64,000 bases of DNA from Eledone cirrhosa (GCA_964016885.1 OZ024740.1:116002001-116066000); one strand, 5' to 3'. Shown: positions 12,186 to 26,852, counted from the stretch's first letter. Notes: generated from the letters alone by a model not told the origin. A program made the numbers and translations.

Positions 12186-12459
12186 TGCTTTTATAGAAAA
12201 ATAATGAAGAGAAAAAGTAAAACCATTGCTAAAATTTATCATCAGATAAATATTTTGTTATTATATAAATCGACATAAATATACCGAGTTACACCCCTAC
12301 ATATGCGCGCACGCACACATATACACACATAATGTGATTGTGTCTTTATGTCTGTTTGTACGCTCCTACACACATATAACAATTTCATATACATAAATAT
12401 ACGCACATAAACACATGCACACAAACAAACACACACACATACACACACACACACACACT

Positions 12460-12499
<40 letters not shown>

Positions 12500-13034
12500 C
12501 GATACAATCTCCAAGATGGTAGAACAGTTGAAATAAGATAAATAGTCATTAGAGAATCATTTCCAAGATAAGAGATAAAAATCTCTAAGAAATAACAGAA
12601 AGGTTGTTTCATTTAATGAGATGATAGCTTGTTAAATAAACAATTAAAGAAAGATGACCAACAACTGGTTCTACGGTTCTACAAACAAGAACAACACTAC
12701 ATAACAAGAATATTAACTAACAAGACGTCTTCTATCTCATAATACCTTCTGTTCTCTTGTTCCATCAACATCAGTACTGAAACTAAACATTGTTTACACA
12801 ACAAGCTAGTATATATCGTGAAAACATTAGAGAACGATACTTAACAGTCAAAGCCATAACGATTATATTTCTTACTTATTTCTTTTGCTGGATTCAATAG
12901 TCGGTCTGCGGCAATGCTGGGAAACACCCACAAAGGGATATTAGTTAATAATATCGCCCCCACCCCATTATTTCATTGATCAATATTCTATTGAATCTCT
13001 GTCTTATGATTATTATACTATGATTATTATACAA

Positions 13035-13430
13035 GCGGTGGATTGGCAGTATCGGTAGAGGGTCGGACGCCATGCTTTGCAGCATAGAGTTATGCCCCTT
13101 TGTGTTCTGAGTTCAAATCCCACCGTGCTTAACTTTGCCTTTCATCCTTACGGGGTCGATAAAATAAAGTACCAGTAATGCACTGGGTAATTGCTGGCCT
13201 TGTGTCAAAAGTAGAAACAATGATTGTTATACTGGCAGGCTGTGTATTGGCAGTATCCGTGGAGCGTCAGACACTATGCTTTGCAGCATAGAGTTATGGT
13301 CCTTTACATTATGAATTCAAATCCTGCCGAGGTTAACTTTGCCTTTCCTCCTCACGGAGTCGATAAAATAAATAAAGTACCAGTAATACACTGGTGTAAT
13401 TTGCTGGCCTTGTGCCAAAAGTAGAAACTG
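13035..13430 (+). mobile_element. Tandem pair of tRNA-derived SINEs with Nin/Deu-like central domain
   Basis: Head GGTGGATTGGCAGTATCGGTAGAG, B box GAGTTCAAATCC, body TTAACTTTGCCTTTCATCCTTACGGGGTCGATAAAATAAAGTACCAG, tail GGCCTTGTGCCAAAAGTAGAAAC. Confidence 0.8.
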
Positions 13431-13500
13431 TATAAATGATTATACTGGCAGGCATAAACACACACACCCACACACTCTCTCTCTCTCTCCATCTCTCTCT

Positions 13501-13564
<64 letters not shown>

Positions 13565-13708
13565 AGAGAGGTGGGGGGAGAGTTTTAGTGTCGTTGTGTT
13601 AAATAAACGGGGAGATAAAACTTATGGTATATAGCCAATCTGTTTACTGTTCACACTGACGCTAAAACTCTAAGTTTCTTAAAACACAGTGTAGCTCAAC
13701 ATTTGTAA

Positions 13709-13773
<65 letters not shown>

Positions 13774-14013
13774 ATGTATGCATGTATATACATATATATT
13801 TATTATACATTACATAAACACATATATTATTTATACGTTGAAGTGCTGTCGGTGGCTAGGTGGTAGAATCTTGGTCTTGCTATGTTGGTGTGTGTTTCTG
13901 TCATCTTGAGAGCCCATGATAGTGAAGTACTTTTGTATGTTAAAGGAAAAAGAAATGGGCGTAAAAGATGTTCGTACACACACATATCTATCTATCTATC
14001 TATCTATCTATCT

Positions 14014-15672
14014 GCGGTGTCGGCCTACGCCGATGACGTGACAGTAATGGTGTCGACGGCCTCCGAAATCGAGGCGGTCGGCACCTTACTGGAGGAGTAC
14101 GAAAAGTTCACAGGGGCTAAGCTGAACCGGGACAAGTCGATCGGTTTGCAACTCGGCACGTGGAGGGGCAGACCGATGCCCTCCGATGGCGTCGTCGGAC
14201 GCTGGACGGAGGGCCCGGTGAAGTTGCTCGGGGTCTGGTTCGGACCGGACCTCCAGGTGGAGAAAAACTGGGCGGAGGTTACGAACAGGGTGTTTGCACT
14301 GACCCAGAAGTGGGCCAGTTGCAAACTATCCCTGAAAGGTCGGGCGGAGGTGGCGAACACCTACATAGCGTCCGTCATCTACTACCGCCTGACCGTAGTG
14401 CCCTGCCCAAGGGAAACCCTCACCAAGATGGAGCGCGCGCTCTTCCAATTCCTTTGGAAGAGGCGGGCTCCTATGGTGAGGAGATCCATCTGCTGTCAAC
14501 ACCCTTCGAAAGGAGGGCTGGGGATGCCGTGGCTAATGATGCGTAAACACGCATTAAGGCTACGGCACCTCTACGTATTCCTCACCGGACAACCGGTGTG
14601 GGCCTCGTTTGTGAGACGAACCTTTCCCAGACTCGTCTCACTCACCGAGCTGCAATCCTGGGTCAAGCAAAGACCGAGAAAACTGGGCGCCTGGCACACT
14701 GAGTGTGCCCAGGCGCTCACCGCCCTCTGGCAGGCGGATCCGGTTGTCAGTGGAGACTCCACCGCAACATTCTATAGAGGGCTGGTACGCAGCAGGTGCG
14801 ACGACGCCCTCGGAGAAGCCCTAGACATGGAGGAGGACGAACTGGCCAGCCTGTTCGGTAGGACATTCAGCCCGGGACCTATGGACAACTTCCGGAAGTC
14901 CCTGGCCTGGCAGTGCTACCGAGGGGCTTTACCCGTTCGAGAAAGGCTCTACAGACACGGGCGCCCGGGTAGGGACCCCGCCAAAAAGATCTGTCCCAGA
15001 TGCGTGTGCGACGAGGAAACCGTTGCACACGCATTGGTACACTGCTCGGGCGTAGCCGATCTGTGGGGCTATGTCGAACAACTGCTGTCAAGGGTGGGAC
15101 CGATCCGGTTGACCACCGAGTCTATTGTAATGATCAAGCCGCCTCCCCCCTTCAAAGATGAAGCAGAGGTGGTGTTTCTGTGCGTAATAGCCATGGCGAA
15201 AGAGGTTGTATGGTGGACGCGTCTGAAAGGACTGAGGTCAGGCACCTTTCTCTCTGGCCAACAACTGGTCCGTTTCTTCCGTTATCATTTCGGAAGAAGG
15301 ATCAGGATGGAGAGAGAGGTGCTGCACCCCAGCCGTTTCTATGAAAGATGGGTGAAAGTGGCGAGAATGGCCCGTGTGAATGGGCCTTCACTCTACATCA
15401 GACTATAGGTGAGGAAGATGAAAGACCAAGGGAGCACCCCTTCTCTGTGCTCCTGAGGAGAAGGGTTGCACACTTTTTTCGGGGGTGTGTGCGACCCCCC
15501 AAGGCGCCTCCTCTCTATTGAGGATTTTGTTATAAATTTTATTTTTTGTTATATCTTATTTTATTTTTATATTTTGTTATTGCCTCCTCCTTATTGAGGA
15601 CGCCTTTTTGTGTAAACTCCCCCCTTTGTACTTGTCCCACTTTTGATGCCCTAGTGGCAAATAAAAGAAACA
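14014..15672 (+). mobile_element. Tx1-clade LINE copy 1 (5'-truncated ORF2: RT C-terminal part + zf-RVT/CCHC; 3' UTR), inserted in (TATC)n
   Basis: Reading frame begins AVSAYADDV at 14014 and includes KLLGVWFG, LSLKGRA, GGLGMP and CPRC..DEETVAHALVHC; stop at 15408. The 3' end CCCTAGTGGCAAATAAAAGAAA is followed by (TATC)n. Confidence 0.92.
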
Positions 15673-15757
<85 letters not shown>

Positions 15758-18547
15758 GTTGACTGGAGCGATCGTCAACAGCAGGTGGTGGGTATCTCTA
15801 AAGATAGAGATTAGAGTAGTCTCGATAGAATTTAGTAAGGTTCTAGCTGCGGATAGGAATAGGAAGGAAAGGGAGCTAATAGATAGAGTAGAAGAGGCAA
15901 TTAGAAGCGGCGACGTGGCCAGAGTGCTAGCGTCGAGAACGGCTTTGAGCCAGTTTTTCGACGCGAAGCACGAAGGATGCGTTGTCCGAAGTAAAATACG
16001 TGCTCTAGGGAACGAGGGGACCAAAGCTGTTAGCTGGGCCCGCGTGACAGAGGCCAACAGTGGAACTAAATCCACCATCCGGTCTTTGCGAGACCTGGAT
16101 GGACGGGCGATTCTTGAGCCTAAGCAGATGTGTGAGGCCTTTCAAAGGCACTTTGCCCGACTGTTCGGGAGGGGCGGGGAGCCGGTTGGGAACGTGGACT
16201 TCGGTCCATACCTCGACGGCCTGCCGCGCCTTTCGGACAGGGAGGCGAAGTCCTGCGAGGAGCCGATTTCGGCCGCTGAGATAGAGGACGTGCTGAGCCA
16301 ATGCGGCAAACGCAAATCCCCGGGTCTCGATGGTCTTCCTTACGAATTATATCTAGCTATGCCGGACTTGTTCCCCGATCTCCTCGAGGCGGTCTACTGC
16401 AACTGGCAACAGAACGGAAGAATTCCCTGTAGTGTGACCAAGGGCGTAGTCACGCTAGTGAGGAAGGACGAGAACAAGGGGGACGAAATAAGTAACTTCA
16501 GGCCCATAACACTGCTAAATACAGAGTTACAGATTTTGGCCAAGGTGCTAGCAAAGAGGTTGGCGCTTGTCGTGGGCAACCTGGTGGGAGATGCGCAGAC
16601 ATGCGCTATCCCGTCCAGGTCCATCCATGACAACCTCCACCTCATGCGATACATCATAGAGAGGGTTGGGAACGAACCCGGCTTTGGTGGGGCTCTGATC
16701 AACTTGGATCAATCTAAGGCGTTCGATAGGGTCGACCATGGTTACCTGGATGCGGTGCTAGCGGCGGCAGGCTTCGGACCCGTTTTCAGGGGCTGGATCA
16801 CTGCTATGCACAGCAGCCGCATCTGCTCTAGGGTCAAGGTGAACGGCTACCTCTCGGAGCCGTTCAAAATCGCGCGGTCCATCCGACAAGGGTGCCCTCT
16901 CTCCTCCCTTCTGTATGTGTTGACTCTCGAGCCACTACTGCGGAAGTTGGGGTTGTTGCAGGGCATCCCTTTGGAACCGGGATTGCGGAAAGCGGTGTCG
17001 GCCTACGCCGATGACGTGACAGTAATGGTGTCGACGGCCTCCGAAATCGAGGCGGTCGGAACCTTACTGGAGGAGTACGAAAAGTTCACAGGGGCTAAGC
17101 TGAACCGGGACAAGTCGATCGGTTTGCAACTCGGCACGTGGAGGGGCAGACCGATGCCCTCCGATAGCGTCGTCGGACGCTGGACGGAGGGCCCGGTGAA
17201 GTTGCTCGGGGTCTGGTTCGGACCGGACCTCCAGGTGGAGAAAAACTGGGCGGAGGTTACCGCCTGACCGTAGTGCCCTGCCCAAGGGAAACCCTCACCA
17301 AGATGGAGCGCGCGCTCTTCCAATTCCTTTGGAAGAGGCGGGCTCCTATGGTGAGGAGATCCATCTGCTGTCAACACCCTTCGAAAGGAGGGCTGGGGAT
17401 GCCGTGGCTAATGATGCGTAAACACGCATTAAGGCTACGGCACCTCTACGTATTCCTCACCGGACAACCGGTGTGGGCCTCGTTTGTGAGACGAACCTTT
17501 CCCAGACTCGTCTCACTCACCGAGCTGCAATCCTGGGTCAAGCAAAGACCGAGAAAACTGGGCGCCTGGCACACCGAGTGTGCCCAGGCGCTCACCGCCC
17601 TCTGGCAGGCGGATCCGGTTATCAGTGGAGACTCCACCGCAACATTCTATAGAGGGCTGGTACGCAGCAGGTGCGACGACGCCCTCGGAGAAGCCCTAGA
17701 CATGGAGGAGGACGAACTGGCCAGCCTGTTCGGTAGGACATTCAGCCCGGGACCTATGGACAACTTCCAGAAGTCCCTGGCCTGGCAGTGCTACCGAGGG
17801 GCTTTACCCGTTCGAGAAAGGCTCTACAGACACGGGCGCCCGGGTAGGAACCCCGCCAAAAAGATCTGTCCCAGATGCGTGTGCGACGAGGAAACCGTTG
17901 CACACGCATTAGTACACTGCTCGGGCGTAGCCGATCTGTGGGGCTATTTCGAACAACTGCTGTCAAGGGTGGGACCGATCCGGTTGACCACCGAGTCTAT
18001 TGTAATGATCAAGCCGCCTCCTCCCTTCAAAGATGAAGCAGAGGCGGTGTTTCTGTGCGTAATAGCCATGGCGAAAGAGGTTGTATGGTGGACGCGTCTG
18101 AAAGGACTGAGGTCGGGCACCTTTCTCTCTGGCCAACAACTGGTCCGTTTCTTCCGATATCATTTCGGAAGAAGGATCAGGATGGAGAGAGAGGTGCTGC
18201 ACCCCAGCCGTTTCTATGAAAGATGGGTGAAAGTGGCGAGAATGGCCCGTGTGAATGGGCCTTCACTCTACATCAGACTATAGGTGAGGAAGATGAAAGA
18301 CCAAGGGAGCACCCCTTCTCTGTGCTCCTGAGGATAAGGGTTGCACACTTTTTTCGGGGGTGTGTGCGACCCCCCAAGGCGCCTCCTCTCTATTGAGGAT
18401 TTTGTTAAAAATTTTATTTTTTGTTATATCTTATTTTATTTTTATATTTTGTTATTGCCTCCTCCTTATTGAGGACGCCTTTTTGTGTAAACTCCCCCCT
18501 TTGTACTTGTCCCACTTTTGATGCCCTAGTGGCAAATAAAAGAAATA
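15758..18547 (+). mobile_element. Tx1-clade LINE copy 2 (longer 5'-truncated ORF2 with complete RT core; 103-bp frameshifting deletion)
   Basis: RT motifs KSPGLDGLP, NFRPITLLN, LDQSKAFDRVDH, IRQGCPLS and YADD. Nearly identical to copy 1, with the offset changing from 2978 to 2875 at a TAC microhomology near 17260. (TATC)n lies on both sides. Confidence 0.95.
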
Positions 18548-18618
<71 letters not shown>

Positions 18619-18619
18619 G

Positions 18620-18651
<32 letters not shown>

Positions 18652-19643
18652 GCAGTCCTGGGTCAAGAAAAGACCGAGGAAAATGGGCGACTGGCACATC
18701 GAATGTGCTCAAGTGCTCACAGCCCTCTGGCAGGAGGAACCGGCGATCAGTGGAGACTCCACTTCGTCATTCTATAGAGGATTGGTCCGCAACAAGTGCG
18801 ACGATGCGCTTGGAGAAACTCTAGGCGTAGGGGAAGACGAATTGGCCAATCTGTTCGGTAGGACCTTCCGCCCAGGATCGATGGACAACTTCCAAAAGTC
18901 CCTGGCCTGGCAGTGCTACCGAGGAGCTCTACCAGTTCGAGACAAGCTCTATAGACATGGGCGCCCGGGCAGGGACTCTTCGAAAAAGATCTGTCCGAGA
19001 TGCGTGCGAGACGAAGAAACCGTCCCGCACGCATTCGTACACTGTCGGGGCGTTACCGACCTGTTGGGCTATGTAGAACGACTATTGTCGCGGGTGGGAC
19101 CAATCCGGTTGACCACCGAGTCCATTGTCATGATCAAACCGCCACCCTCCTTCAAAAACGAAGGAGAGGCGGTTTTCCTTTGTGTGATAGCTATGGCGAA
19201 AGAGGTTGTATTGTGGACGAGGTTAAAAGGGCTGAAGTCAGACACCTTTCTCTCCGGCCAACAATTGATTCTTTTTTTCAAATACCACTTTGGAAGAAGA
19301 ATCCGGATGGAGAGAGGTGCTGTACCCCAGCAAGCTTTATGAAAGGTGGGTGAATGTGGCGAGAATGGCCCGAGTGAATGGGCCTTCTCTCTATGTCGGC
19401 CTGTAGGTTGGAGAAAAAGAGGAAGAGAGGAAGGGGGTACTCACTCTTCGTACTCCTGGAGATGAGGGTTGCACATTTTTTCGGGGGTATGTGTTACTCA
19501 TATGTAATGTCTCCCCTATTGGGGAAAATCGATTAATTTTTAAATTACATTTGTGATAGTATTTTACACGTTTTTATTGTATGTAAACTTCCCCCTTTGT
19601 ATTTGTCCTTTTCTTTTGTGCCCCTGTGGCTAATAAAGGAACA
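18652..19643 (+). mobile_element. Tx1-clade LINE copy 3 (related subfamily, heavily 5'-truncated)
   Basis: QSWVKKRPRK...MDNFQKSLAWQCYRGALP...CPRC is homologous to copies 1 and 2, but the 3' UTR differs; it ends CCCTGTGGCTAATAAAGGAA + (TATC)n. Confidence 0.9.
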
Positions 19644-19647
19644 TATC

Positions 19648-19703
<56 letters not shown>

Positions 19704-20902
19704 AAACAATTCAACCCGGACAAATCTGTCGGTTTGCAACTCGGAACGTGGAGAGGCAAACCGATGCCGTCCGATGGCATCGTCGGACGCTGCACGGAAG
19801 GACCGGTGAAATTGTTCGGGGTCTGGTTCGGTCCAGATCTCCAGGTGGAGAAAAACTGGAACGAGGTCACGGCTAAGGTATTTGCGCTCACCCAGAAGTG
19901 GGCAGAGTGCAAACTATCCTTGAAAGATCGAGCGGAGGTGGCGAACACTTTCATAGCGTCCGTCATCTACTACCGCTTGACCGTCGTGCCTTGTCCCCGT
20001 GAATACCTCACCAAGCTGGAACGAATGCTCTTTCAATTTCTTTGGAAGAAGCAGGCTCCACTGGTGAGGAGATCCGTCTGCTCGCAGCACCCTTCCAACG
20101 TAGGGCTGGAAATGCCATGGCTAATGATGCGCAAACACGCACTGAGGGTGCGGCATCTCCAGGTATTTCTCACCGACCAACTGATGTGGGACCCGTTTGT
20201 GAGACAATCCTTTCCGCAACTTGTCTCGCTGCCGGAGCTGCAGTCCGGGGTCAAGAGGAAACCGAAGAAAATGGGCGCCTGGCACATTGAATGCGCTCAG
20301 GCGCTCACAGTCCTCTGTCAAGCGGGCACAACAATCAGTGGTGACTCCACTTCGTCATTTTATAGAGGGATGATACGTTACAAGTGCGACAACGTTCTCG
20401 GAGAGACTCTGGGCGTCGAAGAAGACGAGGTCACCATTCTGTTCGGTAGGACTTTCCGCCCGGGACCTATGGACAACTTCCAGAGGTCTCTGGCCTGGCA
20501 GTGCTACCGAGGAGCTCTACCACTACGTGATAAGATCTACAGGCACGGGCGCCCCGGCAGGGATCCTTCAAAGAGGACGTGTCCAAGATGCGAGCGGGAC
20601 AGTCAAATCGTCCTGCACGCAATTGTGCACTGCCCGGACGTAACCGACCTGTGGAACTATGCAGAACTACTGCTGTCGCGTGTGGGACAAATCCAGTTGA
20701 CTGCCGAGTCCATAGTAAGGATAAAACCACCATCTTCATTTAAAACGAAAGAGAGGCGGTCTTCCTCTGTATAGTGGCTATGGTGAAAGAGTTTATATGG
20801 TGGACAAGGTTCATTCCCTTCTTTAGATACCACTGTAAAATCCCCACCATATGTCTTTGTATTGTCCCCTTTTCTTTTGCGCCCTTGTGGCAAATAAAGA
20901 AA
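19704..20902 (+). mobile_element. Tx1-clade LINE copy 4 (older subfamily, internally deleted 3' region), followed by (TC)n
   Basis: ORF from about 19704 to 20774 is homologous to the other copies (KSVGLQLGTWRG...LAWQCYRGALP...CPRC). It ends CCCTTGTGGCAAATAAAGAAA + (TC)n. Confidence 0.9.
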
Positions 20903-20916
20903 TCTCTCTCTCTCTC

Positions 20917-20952
<36 letters not shown>

Positions 20953-21284
20953 CCTCTCTCTCTCTCTCTGTATATATATATTATTTATTTATTTTCATGC
21001 ACGGAACAAAAGCGCTACCTAATGTTTCAAGGCTCGAATTGACCATATCTCCAGAATGTAAGAGGGATCAAATTGTGACCTAATCTCCAGGCGCTTATGT
21101 ATAGCTTATATAGCTTTATAAAGGCTGTGTTAGTGTCCCGTTACTTTGGACTTCTGCTTCTGTGTTAACTGAACCATCAGGCAGTTATAATTTTTTTCCT
21201 GAAGAAGACGCAGAATGTGTCCAGTTGAAGTTCTATTTCTCTCATTTCAACTGTTGCAAGGTAGAGAATAAATGCTTTATGTAT

Positions 21285-21573
21285 AATCAATGAGAACCTA
21301 TATAGCAGAATGTTACAGTGTATATAATCAATGGTGTATGTAGAATAATACTTTAGTATGTAGAATGACAATCTATATAGAAAATTAGTCTGGTGTTTAG
21401 AATCAATGAAAACATATGTACAAGACAGTTGGAGGGTGTGGAATCGATAGAGGTTTATGCTGGAGACTATTCTAGTGCATAGAATTAAAACAATCTATAT
21501 ATACGCCTGTTGCGATGTGTATAATGAATAAAAACTTATGTAGAAACCTGTTCCAATGTGTAGAATTAGTGAC

Positions 21574-21580
<7 letters not shown>
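21285..21580. repeat. Degenerate ~40-45-bp minisatellite, resuming at about 22812-22932
   Basis: Recurrent TAGAAT.AATGA.A.ACTAT...ACGCCTGTTCC motif on both sides of the 21.6-22.8 kb insertions. Confidence 0.55.
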
Positions 21581-21618
<38 letters not shown>

Positions 21619-22153
21619 TTAAGGATACTATTTATGGTTTTAGTATATACATACAAACATTTGTTATAGTTATATATATTTTAAACCATAAACAGTGAAA
21701 GACAGTAATTTATTACTACCTTATTACCAGTAAGATAAATAGCTCAATGTAATAACATCAGTTGTTCTACAGAGCAGTTATATAGAATTCACATGAATAA
21801 TACTCTTGATTACCCGCTTAAAGTGCTTGTATTGCATATAACACCTTGCCGCACAATAATCATATATAAATAAGACACACGTGCATGTCCCACGTGTAAC
21901 TATTGCATGCAATAACTACTACAACTGACTAACAAACTATCCTTTTGCATTATCTACGTTAACTGCCGATGTTGTATTTTAATTTTAATTTTGCTTTGAT
22001 TCTGTTTTAATATGATTTTAATTTTTGAATTTAAATTGCCATTCAGAAATAATATAATGGATGTCACCCCACTGTGCATCAATATATACATATGTATCTG
22101 TATGTTTCTTGTGTTGAAAAGGAGGTCATGTATGTAAACAGACATTGAAAAAT

Positions 22154-22198
22154 GCTCCGAAGACTTCAAACCTCAGTTTGGACGAAACAATTGTAAGC
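22154..22198 (+). ncRNA. Degenerate minimal hammerhead motif (PLE 3' end)
   Basis: GCT-CCGAAGA(U4>C)-CTTCAAAC(CTCA)GTTTGGAC-GAA-ACAATTGT-A-AGC, followed by AATAAA. Confidence 0.5.
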
Positions 22199-22227
22199 TA
22201 ATAAATGGTTTGAACAGAACTTTGATT

Positions 22228-22814
<587 letters not shown>

Positions 22815-24102
22815 GCCTGATCCGCTTTGTAGAATGGAAGACTATTTCAGTGTATATCCTCAATGGCAGACTATACGTACGCCTGTTCCGGTATCTAGAA
22901 TCAATGACAGACTATGTGTTAGCCTGTTCCAGGTGACAGCTGTGTAAGTGTTTATGAAAATAAAAAAGCCTGGTGGAGATTTAGTCGCTATTGTCTTGTC
23001 TGTTTACTCTGTTGGTGTGTAAGTTATATTACTAAGACAGGATTGTCAATGGTCATAAATTGAAGCTGAAAAGGCTGTTATTTTAGTCTAATTACTGTTT
23101 GTCATGTTTACAGAATATGTGTTACACTGATTAAATATCAACACTGTTTAGTTAACACAATTAACAAAGAAATAGGTAAGTCGTCGATCGTCGGTGTTAG
23201 TATATTTAATACATAGAACATTTAATAGATAACTATAGGAGCAGGTATGGCTGTATGGTTTAGAAGTTCACTTCGTAATCGTGTAGTTCTGGGTTCAGTC
23301 CTTTGACATTGTATGTTATAAACTACGGAGAGAGGGAGTATAAGAAGAGGAAGACAACGTATATAGGTGAGACAGTCTGGAGAAAGGACGATAGAACACT
23401 GGCGAGAACTCCAAGCCGAGAAAAACTCACCAGTACTCCAACCAGCATGCTAGAATGGAACATGGGGACTCGCTAGAGAACATTGAGATAAGAATTATAT
23501 CTACATACAGAAGAGACTCAATGCTCCGACAGATTACTGAGGCTACAAACATAAACGAACTTCGAAAAAAATTAAATAGAAAGCTTGAATGGAATAATAC
23601 CAACCTCACAACATAGTGACTAAGGATAATATAAAGACACCACACAAGAACAAAACTAATAAGATACATAGATATACCTCCCTCGCAACACACACACATG
23701 TAGAATACAAAAATCAGGATAACAATTTACTAACTAGTGACAAGAAGAAAATAAAGAAGATAGAAAATAAAAAAAGTAAATAAATAAACAAACACACCGG
23801 ATGTAACGCATGCGCAGTCCAGGTGCACAGCTCACAAAGACAAGATGGTGTAAAACAGAACAAAGAAGAGACAGAAAGTAACAAAAGTAGTCACTGAAGA
23901 GGACAGCTTTGACAACCAGCACCTAAACATCTATTCGGTTATTAAACTAACCGAAGAGAAATTATAATAATATATTGAATTGAAAATCAACTGGTGCGTG
24001 TGTTTTTACAGGCAACATGACTCTCAGAAAGCATAACAATATCTGTCTCAGCACATGTTTTCACATCAAATATCTTGCAAAACAAATACAGAAAGTAACT
24101 AC

Positions 24103-24151
<49 letters not shown>

Positions 24152-24170
24152 TGCTCATATATAAGTGGTA

Positions 24171-24204
<34 letters not shown>

Positions 24205-25681
24205 ATACATGCACATACACATGCACACACGCACGCACACACACACACACACACATATATATGTATGTATCTATGTATGGTGATCGCAGGAACTTATTTA
24301 TTTAAGGAAATTAACCAAATTGTATATAACTGTGATCCTTTATGGTTCAATAATGGACCGCTGCGAGAGGGATGACTAGTTGACCTTAGTCACAGAACTG
24401 GCCCTGAATGAATATTTCTCACTAAACAGTTCACAGTCCCTACACCAAGTCATAAAACAATACGATCCTCACCATTGCTTTAGATATTTCCACAACGCTG
24501 CTATGTGGTAAAGATGTCTAATTATATATTTATTGATCGCAGGAAATTATTATATTACTATACAAATATTTAATAACATGTAATACTTAAAGGTTTAGAA
24601 ATGCGTCTTTGCGAGGCCTGTGCCCTTGGCGACTGCCTTGTTAACCTTAATGATAGCGTCGTACCTGGCCACTCGTACCTGACAACACTTAAGGGCCCAT
24701 TAACTAAGAAACAGATAACTGCAGGTGTAATGTTCTTCACACATCCGCGGATGTGAGACCTTGAATACATCATCAATGTTGTTCCCTGGAGTCACTGAGT
24801 GTTTCAACATAATCTTCATCCAAGTGACCTGACTACAGTTCACATCGTCAGCGTTCTTCCCTGGAGGCACTGGGAGTTTTGTGTGGGCTTACAACATTCA
24901 CCCACATCAAAACGACTCAACAACAGGGGTAAATACTTGGACAGATCGTCAATGTTGCTTCCTGGAGTCACTGGGCATTTTCTGTGGGCTTACAACGTAC
25001 ATCCTCATAACACCTGGGTGGTAACCCCCACCATCATTCACTTCTCTTCCATAAGAGACATCTATATGCCCTCTTCGATGTTTCCACGTTGTTTTTGATG
25101 GTTCTCTTCCAGCTCGTTCTAGTAATGCCCAACAACATGACAAAACGAAGAAATTCTCGCAACCTCACCAAGCAAGATGAATGAATACAAATATATGCAA
25201 TCAACATTAATAAAGGAAATATTTCAGCATGACACCCTCCCATCACGACCGTTCCTTTTATCATTAACACCTGTGGCTACCAAACTAAACTAAACTGGTT
25301 ACAACAGTACAACAATTGATACACCTGTAACGAAATAATTGAAAGCCATATTTTAATATTATACAGGCACACACATACACACACATGCATACACACACAC
25401 AAATATATATATTTATTCATTTGTACTTACATACATATATAGACGCACATATACATATACACAGTACACGTGCGCACGCGTATGTGTATGTACGTATGTG
25501 TGTGTATGAAGTGTATAAATAGGGAATAGCTTCTCTGGTATAATGCACGAATAAGTCAAACTTAATACAAGTATTTCCAACTTCCACGTTACTTCACCTA
25601 TACTTGCACCTGCATGTATAATATATATATATATGTATCTGTGTGTGTGTGTGTGTGTAAATATACACATATATATATGTA

Positions 25682-25719
<38 letters not shown>

Positions 25720-25734
25720 TATACATATATATAC

Positions 25735-25773
<39 letters not shown>

Positions 25774-25795
25774 CATATATAAACATATATATATT

Positions 25796-25835
<40 letters not shown>

Positions 25836-25840
25836 TATAC

Positions 25841-25901
<61 letters not shown>

Positions 25902-26301
25902 TACATATATATATATATATAGACATATATATATATATATATATATGCATACATACATGCATACATACATACATACATACATACATACATACATACATAC
26001 ATACATACATACATGCATCCTTATTGAACATCCTGCTAGGACATGGCCAATAGGGCGAAGAGTGAAAGCAAACAGGGAACAATTACACAATGTGTTCCTG
26101 TCTTCAATACAGAGTCCCTCATAACCACCATGGCACTTATTCTTAAGGATCTGGTACATATTTTATCGACTTCTCGATATAAACACAGACACAGGCAATC
26201 CTGAATAAAGACACACATAACCACAATTATACATATATATGTATGTATATCTATATACGTGTGTGTGTGAGTGTATGTCTATATGTATGTGAATGTATAT
26301 A

Positions 26302-26340
<39 letters not shown>

Positions 26341-26342
<2 letters not shown>

Positions 26343-26520
26343 CGAAGGAAGTGTGGTAATGAACCAGATGGACCATAACGCACCAGAGTACTCAATACTT
26401 AGGGCACTAGAGTGGGTAATAGGAAAACATTTAACCCTGACGGCAGAGCTCAAGCCGTTTCGACGGCTATCTCTGGATGTCCAGAAATAGCCGTCGAAAC
26501 GGCTTGAGCTCTGCCGTCAG
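26341..26520. mobile_element. Penelope family A terminal fragment (tail + hairpin)
   Basis: Matches the terminus of the 46.2-49.1 kb element and ends in the fold-back CTGACGGCAGAGCTCAAGCCGTTTCGACGGCTAT...ATAGCCGTCGAAACGGCTTGAGCTCTGCCGTCAG; (TA)n flanks. Confidence 0.85.
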
Positions 26521-26534
26521 TATATATATAGTAA

Positions 26535-26706
26535 TAATTGTTTCTACTTTTGGCACAAGGCCAGCAATTATCCAGTACATTGCTGGTACTTTATTTTATC
26601 GACCCCGTAAGGATGAAAGGCAAAGTTAACCTTGGCGGGATTTGAACTCAGTCCGTAAAGGGACGTAACTGTGCTGCAAAGCATGGCGTCCGACCCTCCA
26701 CCGATA
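26535..26706 (-). mobile_element. tRNA-derived SINE (Nin/Deu-like family), young copy; near-identical copy at 41310-41465
   Basis: TTGTTTCTACTTTTGGCACAAGGCCAGCAAT...TTTATCGACCCCGTAAGGATGAAAGGCAAAGTTAACCTTGGCGGGATTTGAACTC. Confidence 0.85.
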
Positions 26707-26729
26707 AGTAATAATAATCTGTTATTTTA

Positions 26730-26852
<123 letters not shown>

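Noticed and set aside
13882-14013. Apparent N-termini of the 508-, 573-, 241- and 382-aa ORFs
   Set aside because: They are read-through from flanking DNA, 3' UTR and (TATC)n into 5'-truncated LINE ORF2; there is no genuine start.
23309-24010. Possible solo LTR (TG...CA) interrupting a SINE head
   Set aside because: No convincing target-site duplication, PBS/PPT or second copy in the window.
24770-24990. Three spaced ~27-bp repeats (TCAATGTT..CCCTGGAGTCACTG) superficially like a CRISPR array
   Set aside because: The repeats are degenerate, the spacing is irregular, the context is eukaryotic and there are no cas genes.
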